From Auanema rhodensis (taxonomy: Eukaryota; Animalia; Nematoda), in assembly GCA_964057225.1 (NCBI GenBank), contig OZ059899.1, positions 4,216,001 through 4,280,000 on the forward strand: 64,000 nucleotides of DNA, written 5' to 3'. The position numbers and the translations under genes are program-made. Shown here one piece after another: positions 51,198 through 63,997 of this stretch; position 1 is the first letter of the stretch, and every line of letters begins with the position of its first letter. Below the pieces are notes generated by a model, which did no database searches, was not told where the DNA came from, and saw nothing but the letters and a program-made list of their open reading frames with translations.

Positions 51198-51534
51198 CGT
51201 TCCGTTATGCTCTCACGTCGATCCTATAGACCAGTAAAGCCTACAAGATGAGTGTGATAGTATTCCAGATGTAGCGGTAGATAAAGAGCATAATGGATAA
51301 ACATAAGACTCGAGAAAGAAAGGTTTATTATGTCTACATGATTACAATAAGTTATATAAGTCTACATAAAGATATAAAGTGAAAGAGAGCTAAGAAAGGA
51401 AGACCAACCATCCATAGTCATTCCATAAGGCAAAGCTGAAGTCTGTGTTCCATATGAAGGGCGTGTCGTCCTCTCTCAGCCTCATGTCGTCTGATTCTAA
51501 CCCGCCTGCTACGTATTGATTTCCGAATGGAACG
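51198..51534 (-). repeat. 5' LTR of provirus 2 (337 bp)
   Basis: Direct repeat of 46250-46586. Confidence 0.96.
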
Positions 51535-51605
51535 GGAGATATGGGGAATCGAACCCCAGACTTCTCGCATGCAAAGCGAGCGCTCTACCCCTGAGCTATA
51601 TTCTC
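51535..51605 (-). pseudogene. tRNA-Ala disrupted by provirus 2
   Basis: The TSD GGAG is the 3' strand of the acceptor stem. The discriminator and terminator are displaced to 46245 and below. The 5' end is also mutated (GAGAATA). Confidence 0.85.
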
Positions 51606-54600
51606 ACATTTGACAGAATATATGACTGTGAGTTTGTTCAAACTTGAAAAACCTCTTGATCAAAAATTTTAGTTGTGAATATTAATTTCCTAATCTAATT
51701 TTTCTTTCAATCATTTTGTAAATTTCCTGAAAAAAAATTTATAAAAGTAAAGAACTTGAAGAATAAAACCAAAACTACTGTTGGAGATATGGGGAATCGA
51801 ACCCCAGACTTCTCGCATGCAAAGCGAGCGCTCTACCCCTGAGCTATATCCCCACATTCGACAGAATATATGACTGTGAGTTTGTTCAAACTTGAAGAAC
51901 CTCTTGATCAAAAATTTTAGTTGTGAATATTAATCTCCTAATCTAATTTTTGTTTCAATCATTTTGTAAATCTCTTGAAAAAAAATATAGAAAAGTTAAG
52001 AACTCGAAGAATAAAACCAAAACTACTGTTGGAGATATGGGGAATCGAACCCCAGACTTCTCGCATGCAAAGCGAGCGCTCTACCCCTGAGCTATATCCC
52101 CACATTCGACAGAATATATGACTGTGAGTTTGTTCAAACTTGAAGAACCTCTTGATCAAAAATTTTAGTTGTGAATATTAATTTCCTAATCTAATTTTTC
52201 TTTCAATCATTTTGTAAATTTCCTGAAAAAAAATTTATAAAAGTAAAGAACTTGAAGAATAAAACCAAAACTACTGTTGGAGATATGGGGAATCGAACAC
52301 CAGACTTCTCGCATGCAAAGCGAGCGCTCTACCCCTGAGCTATATCCCCACATTCGACAGAATATATGACTGTGAGTTTGTTCAAACTTGAAGAACCTCT
52401 TGATCAAAAATTTTAGTTGTGAATATTAATCTCCTAATCTAATTTTTGTTTCAATCATTTTGTAAATCTCCTGAAAAAAAATATAGAAAAGTAAAGAACT
52501 TGAAGAATAATACCAAAACTACTGTTGGAGATATGGGGAATCGAACCCCAGACTTCTCGCATGCAAAGCGAGCGCTCTACCCCTGAGCTATATCCCCACA
52601 TTTGACAGAATATATGACTGTGAGTTTGTTCAAACCTGAAAAACCTCTTGATCAAAAATTTTAGTTGTGAATATTAATTTCCTAATCTAATTTTTCTTTC
52701 AATCATTTTGTAAATTTCCTGAAAAAAAATTTATAAAAGTAAAGAACTTGAAGAATAAAACCAAAACTACTGTTGGAGATACGGGGAATCGAACCCCAGA
52801 CTTCTCGCATGCAAAGCGAGCGCTCTACCCCTGAGCTATATCCCCACATTCGACAAAGTTAATAACTGTGAGTTTGTTCAAACTTGAAGAACCTCTTGAT
52901 CAGAAATTTTAGTTGTGAATATTAATTTCCTAATCTAATTTTTCTTTCAATCATTTTGTAAATCTCCTGAAAAAAAATATAGAAAAGTAAAGAACTTGAA
53001 GAATAAAACCAAAACTACTGTTGGAGATATGAGGAATCGAACCCCAGACTTCTCGCATGCAAAGCGAGCGCTCGACCCCTGAGCTATATCCCCACATTTG
53101 ACAGAATATATGACTGTGAGTTTGTTCAAACTTGAAGAACCTCTTGATCAAAAATTTTAGTTGTGAATATTAATCTCCTAATCTAATTTTTGTTTCAATC
53201 ATTTTGTAAATCTCTTGAAAAAAAATATAGAAAAGTTAAGAACTCGAAGAATAAAACCAAAACTACTGTTAGAGATATGGGGAATCGAACCCCAGACTTC
53301 TCGCATGCAAAGCGAGCGCTCTACCCCTGAGCTATATCCCCACATTCGACAGAATATATGACTGTGAGTTTGTTCAAACTTGAAGAACCTCTTGATCAAA
53401 AATTTTAGTTGTGAATATTAATTTCCTAATCTAATTTTTCTTTCAATCATTTTGTAAATTTCCTGAAAAAAAATATAGAAAAGTAAAGAACTTGAAGAAT
53501 AATACCAAAACTACTGTTGGAGATATGGGGAATCGAACCCCAGACTTCTCGCATGCAAAGCGAGCGCTCTACCCCTGAGCTATATCCCCACATTTGACAG
53601 AATATATGACTGTGAGTTTGTTCAAACTTGAAGAACCTCTTGATCAAAAATTTTAGTTGTGAATATTAATCTCCTAATCTAATTTTTGTTTCAATCATTT
53701 TGTAAATCTCTTGAAAAAAATATAGAAAAGCAAAGAACTTGAAGAATAAAACCAAAACTACTGTTGGAGATATGGGGAATCGAACCCCAGACTTCTCGCA
53801 TGCAAAGCTAGCGCTCTACCCCTGAGCTATATCCCCACATTTGACAGAATATATGACTGTGAGTTTGTTCAAACTTGAAGAACCTCTTGATCAAAAATTT
53901 TAGTTGTGAATATTAATCTCCTAATCTAATTTTTGTTTCAATCATTTTGTAAATCTCTTGAAAAAAAATATAGAAAAGTTAAGAACTCGAAGAATAAAAC
54001 CAAAACTACTGTTAGAGATATGGGGAATCGAACCCCAGACTTCTCGCATGCAAAGCGAGCGCTCTACCCCTGAGCTATATCCCCACATTCGACAGAATAT
54101 ATGACTGTGAGTTTGTTCAAACTTGAAGAACCTCTTGATCAAAAATTTTAGTTGTGAATATTAATTTCCTAATCTAATTTTTCTTTCAATCATTTTGTAA
54201 ATTTCCTGAAAAAAAATATAGAAAAGTAAAGAACTTGAAGAATAATACCAAAACTACTGTTGGAGATATGGGGAATCGAACCCCAGACTTCTCGCATGCA
54301 AAGCGAGCGCTCTACCCCTGAGCTATATCCCCACATTTGACAGAATATATGACTGTGAGTTTGTTCAAACTTGAAGAACCTCTTGATCAAAAATTTTAGT
54401 TGTGAATATTAATCTCCTAATCTAATTTTTGTTTCAATCATTTTGTAAATCTCTTGAAAAAAATATAGAAAAGCAAAGAACTTGAAGAATAAAACCAAAA
54501 CTACTGTTGGAGATATGGGGAATCGAACCCCAGACTTCTCGCATGCAAAGCTAGCGCTCTACCCCTGAGCTATATCCCCACATTTGACAGAATATATGAC

Positions 54601-57600
54601 TGTGAGTTTGTTCAAACTTGAAGAACCTCTTGATCAAAAATTTTAGTTGTGAATATTAATTTCCTAATCTAATTTTTCTTTCAATCATTTTGTAAATTTC
54701 CTGAAAAAAAATTTATAAAAGTAAAGAACTTGAAGAATAAAACCAAAACTACTGTTGGAGATATGGGGAATCGAACACCAGACTTCTCGCATGCAAAGCG
54801 AGCGCTCTACCCCTGAGCTATATCCCCACATTCGACAGAATATATGACTGTGAGTTTGTTCAAACTTGAAGAACCTCTTGATCAAAAATTTTAGTTGTGA
54901 ATATTAATCTCCTAATCTAATTTTTGTTTCAATCATTTTGTAAATCTCCTGAAAAAAAATATAGAAAAGTAAAGAACTTGAAGAATAATACCAAAACTAC
55001 TGTTGGAGATATGGGGAATCGAACCCCAGACTTCTCGCATGCAAAGCGAGCGCTCTACCCCTGAGCTATATCCCCACATTTGACAGAATATATGACTGTG
55101 AGTTTGTTCAAACCTGAAAAACCTCTTGATCAAAAATTTTAGTTGTGAATATTAATTTCCTAATCTAATTTTTCTTTCAATCATTTTGTAAATCTCCTGA
55201 AAAAAAATATAGAAAAGTAAAGAACTTGAAGAATAAAACCAAAACTACTGTTGGAGATATGGGGAATCGAACCCCAGACTTCTCGCATGCAAAGCGAGCG
55301 CTCTACCCCTGAGCTATATCCGCACATTCGACAGAGTTAATGACTGTGAGTTTGTTCAAACTTGAAGAACCTCTTGATCAAAAATTTTAGTTGTGAATAT
55401 TAATTTTCTAATCTAATTTTTCTTTCAATCATTTTGTGAATTTCCTGAAAAAAAATATATAAAAGTAAAGAACTTGAAGAATAAAACCAAAACTACTGTT
55501 GGAGATATGGGGAATCGAACCCCAGACTTCTCGCATGCAAAGCGAGCGCTCTACCCCTGAGCTATATCCCCACATTCGACAGAATATATGACTGTGAGTT
55601 TGTTCAAACTTGAAGAACCTCTTGATCAGAAATTTTAGTTGTGAATATTAATTACCTAATCTAATTTTTGTTTCAATCATTTTGTAAATCTCCTGAAAAA
55701 AATATATAAAAGTAAAGAACTTGAAGAATGAAACCAAAACTACTGTTGGAGATATGGGGAATCGAACACCAGACTTCTCGCATGCAAAGCGAGCGCTCTA
55801 CCCCTGAGCTATATCCCCACATTCGACAGAATATATGACTGTGAGTTTGTTCAAACTTGAAGAACCTCTTGATCAAAAATTTTAGTTGTGAATATTAATT
55901 TCCTAATCTAATTTTTCTTTCAATCATTTTGTAAATTTCCTGAAAAAAAATTTATAAAAGAAAAGAACTTGAAGAATAAAACCAAAACTACTGTTGGAGA
56001 TATGGGGAATCGAACACCAGACTTCTCGCATGCAAAGCGAGCGCTCTACCCCTGAGCTATATCCCCACATTCGACAGAATGTATGACTGTGAGTTTGTTC
56101 AAACTTGAAGAACCTCTTGATCAAAAATTTTAGTTGTGAATATTAATCTCCTAATCTAATTTTTGTTTCAATCATTTTGTAAATCTCCTGAAAAAAAATA
56201 TAGAAAAGTAAAGAACTTGAAGAATAAAACCAAAACTACTGTTGGAGATATGGGGAATCGAACACCAGACTTCTCGCATGCAAAGCGAGCGCTCTACCCC
56301 TGAGCTATATCCCCACATTTGACAGAATATATGACTGTGAGTTTGTTCAAACCTGAAAAACCTCTTGATCAAAAATTTTAGTTGTGAATATTAATTTCCT
56401 AATCTAATTTTTCTTTCAATCATTTTGTAAATTTCCTGAAAAAAAATTTATAAAAGTAAAGAACTTGAAGAATAAAACCAAAACTACTGTTGGAGATATG
56501 GGGAATCGAACCCCAGACTTCTCGCATGCAAAGCGAGCGCTCTACCCCTGAGCTATATCCCCACATTCGACAAAGTTAATAACTGTGAGTTTGTTCAAAC
56601 TTGAAGAACCTCTTGATCAGAAATTTTAGTTGTGAATATTAATTTCCTAATCTAATTTTTCTTTCAATTATTTTGTAAATCTCCTGAAAAAAAATATAGA
56701 AAAGTAAAGAACTTGAAGAATAAAACCAAAACTACTGTTGGAGATATGAGGAATCGAACCCCAGACTTCTCGCATGCAAAGCGAGCGCTCGACCCCTGAG
56801 CTATATCCCCACATTTGACAGAATATATGACTGTGAGTTTGTTCAAACTTGAAGAACCTCTTGATCAAAAATTTTAGTTGTGAATATTAATCTCCTAATC
56901 TAATTTTTGTTTCAATCATTTTGTAAATCTCTTGAAAAAAAATATAGAAAAGTTAAGAACTCGAAGAATAAAACCAAAACTACTGTTGGAGATATGGGGA
57001 ATCGAACCCCAGACTTCTCGCATGCAAAGCGAGCGCTCTACCCCTGAGCTATATCCCCACATTCGACAGAATATATGACTGTGAGTTTGTTCAAACTTGA
57101 AGAACCTCTTGATCAAAAATTTTAGTTGTGAATATTAATTTCCTAATCTAATTTTTCGTTCAATCATTTTGTAAATTTCCTGAAAAAAAATATAGAAAAG
57201 TAAAGAACTTGAAAAATAAAACCAAAACTACTGTTGGAGATATGGGGAATCGAACCCCAGATTTCTCGCATGCAAAGCTAGCGCTCTACCCCTGAGCTAT
57301 ATCCCCACATTTGACAGAATATATGACTGTGAGTTTGTTCAAACTTGAAGAACCTCTTGATCAAAAATTTTAGTTGTGAATATTAATCTCCTAATCTAAT
57401 TTTTGTTTCAATCATTTTGTAAATCTCTTGAAAAAAATATAGAAAAGCAAAGAACTTGAAGAATAAAACCAAAACTACTGTTGGAGATATGGGGAATCGA
57501 ACCCCAGACTTCTCGCATGCAAAGCTAGCGCTCTACCCCTGAGCTATATCCCCACATTTGACAGAATATATGACTGTGAGTTTGTTCAAACTTGAAGAAC

Positions 57601-60600
57601 CTCTTGATCAGAAATTTTAGTTGTGAATATTAATTTCCTAATCTAATTTTTCTTTCAATTATTTTGTAAATCTCCTGAAAAAAAATATAGAAAAGTAAAG
57701 AACTTGAAGAATAAAACCAAAACTACTGTTGGAGATATGAGGAATCGAACCCCAGACTTCTCGCATGCAAAGCGAGCGCTCGACCCCTGAGCTATATCCC
57801 CACATTTGACAGAATATATGACTGTGAGTTTGTTCAAACTTGAAGAACCTCTTGATCAAAAATTTTAGTTGTGAATATTAATCTCCTAATCTAATTTTTG
57901 TTTCAATCATTTTGTAAATCTCTTGAAAAAAAATATAGAAAAGTTAAGAACTCGAAGAATAAAACCAAAACTACTGTTGGAGATATGGGGAATCGAACCC
58001 CAGACTTCTCGCATGCAAAGCGAGCGCTCTACCCCTGAGCTATATCCCCACATTCGACAGAATATATGACTGTGAGTTTGTTCAAACTTGAAGAACCTCT
58101 TGATCAAAAATTTTAGTTGTGAATATTAATTTCCTAATCTAATTTTTCGTTCAATCATTTTGTAAATTTCCTGAAAAAAAATATAGAAAAGTAAAGAACT
58201 TGAAAAATAAAACCAAAACTACTGTTGGAGATATGGGGAATCGAACCCCAGATTTCTCGCATGCAAAGCTAGCGCTCTACCCCTGAGCTATATCCCCACA
58301 TTTGACAGAATATATGACTGTGAGTTTGTTCAAACTTGAAGAACCTCTTGATCAAAAATTTTAGTTGTGAATATTAATCTCCTAATCTAATTTTTGTTTC
58401 AATCATTTTGTAAATCTCTTGAAAAAAATATAGAAAAGCAAAGAACTTGAAGAATAAAACCAAAACTACTGTTGGAGATATGGGGAATCGAACCCCAGAC
58501 TTCTCGCATGCAAAGCTAGCGCTCTACCCCTGAGCTATATCCCCACATTTGACAGAATATATGACTGTGAGTTTGTTCAAACTTGAAGAACCTCTTGATC
58601 AAAAATTTTAGTTGTGAATATTAATTTCCTAATCTAATTTTTCTTTCAATCATTTTGTAAATTTCCTGAAAAAAAATTTATAAAAGTAAAGAACTTGAAG
58701 AATAAAACCAAAACTACTGTTGGAGATATGGGGAATCGAACACCAGACTTCTCGCATGCAAAGCGAGCGCTCTACCCCTGAGCTATATCCCCACATTCGA
58801 CAGAATATATGACTGTGAGTTTGTTCAAACTTGAAGAACCTCTTGATCAAAAATTTTAGTTGTGAATATTAATCTCCTAATCTAATTTTTGTTTCAATCA
58901 TTTTGTAAATCTCCTGAAAAAAAATATAGAAAAGTAAAGAACTTGAAGAATAATACCAAAACTACTGTTGGAGATATGGGGAATCGAACCCCAGACTTCT
59001 CGCATGCAAAGCGAGCGCTCTACCCCTGAGCTATATCCCCACATTTGACAGAATATATGACTGTGAGTTTGTTCAAACCTGAAAAACCTCTTGATCAAAA
59101 ATTTTAGTTGTGAATATTAATTTCCTAATCTAATTTTTCTTTCAATCATTTTGTAAATCTCCTGAAAAAAAATATAGAAAAGTAAAGAACTTGAAGAATA
59201 AAACCAAAACTACTGTTGGAGATATGGGGAATCGAACCCCAGACTTCTCGCATGCAAAGCGAGCGCTCTACCCCTGAGCTATATCCGCACATTCGACAGA
59301 GTTAATGACTGTGAGTTTGTTCAAACTTGAAGAACCTCTTGATCAAAAATTTTAGTTGTGAATATTAATTTTCTAATCTAATTTTTCTTTCAATCATTTT
59401 GTAAATTTCCTGAAAAAAAATATATAAAAGTAAAGAACTTGAAGAATAAAACCAAAACTACTGTTGGAGATATGGGGAATCGAACCCCAGACTTCTCGCA
59501 TGCAAAGCGAGCGCTCTACCCCTGAGCTATATCCCCACATTCGACAGAATATATGACTGTGAGTTTGTTCAAACTTGAAGAACCTCTTGATCAGAAATTT
59601 TAGTTGTGAATATTAATTACCTAATCTAATTTTTGTTTCAATCATTTTGTAAATCTCCTGAAAAAAAATATAGAAAAGTAAAGAACTTGAAGAATAAAAC
59701 CAAAACTACTGTTGGAGATATGAGGAATCGAACCCCAGACTTCTCGCATGCAAAGCGAGCGCTCGACCCCTGAGCTATATCCCCACATTTGACAGAATAT
59801 ATGACTGTGAGTTTGTTCAAACTTGAAGAACCTCTTGATCAAAAATTTTAGTTGTGAATATTAATCTCCTAATCTAATTTTTGTTTCAATCATTTTGTAA
59901 ATCTCTTGAAAAAAAATATAGAAAAGTTAAGAACTCGAAGAATAAAACCAAAACTACTGTTGGAGATATGGGGAATCGAACCCCAGACTTCTCGCATGCA
60001 AAGCGAGCGCTCTACCCCTGAGCTATATCCCCACATTCGACAGAATATATGACTGTGAGTTTGTTCAAACTTGAAGAACCTCTTGATCAAAAATTTTAGT
60101 TGTGAATATTAATTTCCTAATCTAATTTTTCGTTCAATCATTTTGTAAATTTCCTGAAAAAAAATATAGAAAAGTAAAGAACTTGAAAAATAAAACCAAA
60201 ACTACTGTTGGAGATATGGGGAATCGAACCCCAGATTTCTCGCATGCAAAGCTAGCGCTCTACCCCTGAGCTATATCCCCACATTTGACAGAATATATGA
60301 CTGTGAGTTTGTTCAAACTTGAAGAACCTCTTGATCAAAAATTTTAGTTGTGAATATTAATCTCCTAATCTAATTTTTGTTTCAATCATTTTGTAAATCT
60401 CTTGAAAAAAATATAGAAAAGCAAAGAACTTGAAGAATAAAACCAAAACTACTGTTGGAGATATGGGGAATCGAACCCCAGACTTCTCGCATGCAAAGCT
60501 AGCGCTCTACCCCTGAGCTATATCCCCACATTTGACAGAATATATGACTGTGAGTTTGTTCAAACTTGAAGAACCTCTTGATCAAAAATTTTAGTTGTGA

Positions 60601-63600
60601 ATATTAATTTCCTAATCTAATTTTTCTTTCAATCATTTTGTAAATTTCCTGAAAAAAAATTTATAAAAGTAAAGAACTTGAAGAATAAAACCAAAACTAC
60701 TGTTGGAGATATGGGGAATCGAACACCAGACTTCTCGCATGCAAAGCGAGCGCTCTACCCCTGAGCTATATCCCCACATTCGACAGAATATATGACTGTG
60801 AGTTTGTTCAAACTTGAAGAACCTCTTGATCAAAAATTTTAGTTGTGAATATTAATCTCCTAATCTAATTTTTGTTTCAATCATTTTGTAAATCTCCTGA
60901 AAAAAAATATAGAAAAGTAAAGAACTTGAAGAATAATACCAAAACTACTGTTGGAGATATGGGGAATCGAACACCAGACTTCTCGCATGCAAAGCGAGCG
61001 CTCTACCCCTGAGCTATATCCCCACATTCGACAGAATATATGACTGTGAGTTTGTTCAAACTTGAAGAACCTCTTGATCAAAAATTTTAGTTGTGAATAT
61101 TAATTTCCTAATCTAATTTTTCTTTCAATCATTTTGTAAATCTCCTGAAAAAAAATATAGAAAAGTAAAGAACTTGAAGAATAAAACCAAAACTACTGTT
61201 GGAGATATGGGGAATCGAACCCCAAACTTCTCGCATGCAAAGCGAGCGCTCTACCCCTGAGCTATATCCGCTTATTCGACAGAGTTAATGACTGTGAGTT
61301 TGTTCAAACTTGAAGAACCTCTTGATCAAAAATTTTAGTTGTGAATATTAATTTTCTAATCCAATTTTTCTTTCAATCATTTTGTAAATTTCCTGAAAAA
61401 AAATATATAAAAGTAAAGAACTTGAAGAATAAAACCAAAACTACTGTTGGAGATATGGGGAATCGAACCCCAGACTTCTCGCATGCAAAGCGAGCGCTCT
61501 ACCCCTGAGCTATATCCCCACATTCGACAGAATATATGACTGTGAGTTTGTTCAAACTTGAAGAACCTCTTGATCAGAAATTTTAGTTGTGAATATTAAT
61601 TTCCTAATCTAATTTTTCTTTCAATCATTTTGTAAATCTCCTGAAAAAAATATATAAAAGTAAAGAACTTGAAGAATAAAACCAAAACTACTGTTGGAGA
61701 TATGGGGAATCGAACCCCAGACTTCTCGCATGCAAAGCGAGCGCTCTACCCCTGAGCTATATCCCCACATTCGACAGAATATATGACTGTGAGTTTGTTC
61801 AAACTTGAAGAACCTCTTGATCAAAAATTTTAGTTGTGAATATTAATTTCCTAATCTAATTTTTCTTTCAATCATTTTGTAAATTTCCTGAAAAAAAATT
61901 TATAAAAGTAAAGAACTTGAAGAATAAAACCAAAACTACTGTTGGAGATATGGGGAATCGAACACCAGACTTCTCGCATGCAAAGCGAGCGCTCTACCCC
62001 TGAGCTATATCCCCACATTCGACAGAATATATGACTGTGAGTTTGTTCAAACTTGAAGAACCTCTTGATCAAAAATTTTAGTTGTGAATATTAATCTCCT
62101 AATCTAATTTTTGTTTCAATCATTTTGTAAATCTCCTGAAAAAAAATATAGAAAAGTAAAGAACTTGAAGAATAATACCAAAACTACTGTTGGAGATATG
62201 GGGAATCGAACCCCAGACTTCTCGCATGCAAAGCGAGCGCTCTACCCCTGAGCTATATCCCCACATTTGACAGAATATATGACTGTGAGTTTGTTCAAAC
62301 CTGAAAAACCTCTTGATCAAAAATTTTAGTTGTGAATATTAATTTCCTAATCTAATTTTTCTTTCAATCATTTTGTAAATTTCCTGAAAAAAAATTTATA
62401 AAAGTAAAGAACTTGAAGAATAAAACCAAAACTACTGTTGGAGATATGGAGAATCGAACCCCAGACTTCTCGCATGCAAAGCGAGCGCTCTACCCCTGAG
62501 CTATATCCCCACATTCGACAAAGTTAATAACTGTGAGTTTGTTCAAACTTGAAGAACCTCTTGATCAGAAATTTTAGTTGTGAATATTAATTTCCTAATC
62601 TAATTTTTCTTTCAATCATTTTGTAAATCTCCTGAAAAAAAATATAGAAAAGTAAAGAACTTGAAGAATAAAACCAAAACTACTGTTGGAGATATGAGGA
62701 ATCGAACCCCAGACTTCTCGCATGCAAAGCGAGCGCTCGACCCCTGAGCTATATCCCCACATTTGACAGAATATATGACTGTGAGTTTGTTCAAACTTGA
62801 AGAACCTCTTGATCAAAAATTTTAGTTGTGAATATTAATCTCCTAATCTAATTTTTGTTTCAATCATTTTGTAAATCTCTTGAAAAAAAATATAGAAAAG
62901 TTAAGAACTCGAAGAATAAAACCAAAACTACTGTTGGAGATATGGGGAATCGAACCCCAGACTTCTCGCATGCAAAGCGAGCGCTCTACCCCTGAGCTAT
63001 ATCCCCACATTCGACAGAATATATGACTGTGAGTTTGTTCAAACTTGAAGAACCTCTTGATCAAAAATTTTAGTTGTGAATATTAATTTCCTAATCTAAT
63101 TTTTCGTTCAATCATTTTGTAAATTTCCTGAAAAAAAATATAGAAAAGTAAAGAACTTGAAAAATAAAACCAAAACTACTGTTGGAGATATGGGGAATCG
63201 AACCCCAGATTTCTCGCATGCAAAGCTAGCGCTCTACCCCTGAGCTATATCCCCACATTTGACAGAATATATGACTGTGAGTTTGTTCAAACTTGAAGAA
63301 CCTCTTGATCAAAAATTTTAGTTGTGAATATTAATCTCCTAATCTAATTTTTGTTTCAATCATTTTGTAAATCTCTTGAAAAAAATATAGAAAAGCAAAG
63401 AACTTGAAGAATAAAACCAAAACTACTGTTGGAGATATGGGGAATCGAACCCCAGACTTCTCGCATGCAAAGCTAGCGCTCTACCCCTGAGCTATATCCC
63501 CACATTTGACAGAATATATGACTGTGAGTTTGTTCAAACTTGAAGAACCTCTTGATCAAAAATTTTAGTTGTGAATATTAATTTCCTAATCTAATTTTTC

Positions 63601-63925
63601 TTTCAATCATTTTGTAAATTTCCTGAAAAAAAATTTATAAAAGTAAAGAACTTGAAGAATAAAACCAAAACTACTGTTGGAGATATGGGGAATCGAACAC
63701 CAGACTTCTCGCATGCAAAGCGAGCGCTCTACCCCTGAGCTATATCCCCACATTCGACAGAATATATGACTGTGAGTTTGTTCAAACTTGAAGAACCTCT
63801 TGATCAAAAATTTTAGTTGTGAATATTAATCTCCTAATCTAATTTTTGTTTCAATCATTTTGTAAATCTCCTGAAAAAAAATATAGAAAAGTAAAGAACT
63901 TGAAGAATAATACCAAAACTACTGT

Positions 63926-63997
63926 TGGAGATATGGGGAATCGAACCCCAGACTTCTCGCATGCAAAGCGAGCGCTCTACCCCTGAGCTATATCTCC
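63926..63997 (-). tRNA. tRNA-Ala(TGC) variant G3A
   Basis: The plus strand ends tatctcc, so the 5' end is GGAGATA. Confidence 0.85.

Larger units (their letters stand above)
46250..51534 (-). mobile_element. Provirus 2: internally deleted, non-autonomous relative of provirus 1
   Basis: It has 337-bp LTRs with about 2 differences, TSD GGAG (46246-46249 and 51535-51538) and the same PBS. Its gag, env and integrase segments are homologous to provirus 1. Protease, RT and RNase H are absent. Confidence 0.96.

Noticed and set aside
46250-51534. Provirus 2 as a direct duplicate of provirus 1
   Set aside because: It has a different TSD, a different LTR length (337 versus 358 bp) and extensive synonymous divergence. 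It is an independent insertion of a sister subfamily.
31-63807. More than 100 near-identical 60-67 aa ORFs (MIKRFFKFEQ...)
   Set aside because: They start at non-ATG codons, read straight through the tRNA gene and are freely broken by SNPs and indels. They are shadow ORFs of the repeat.
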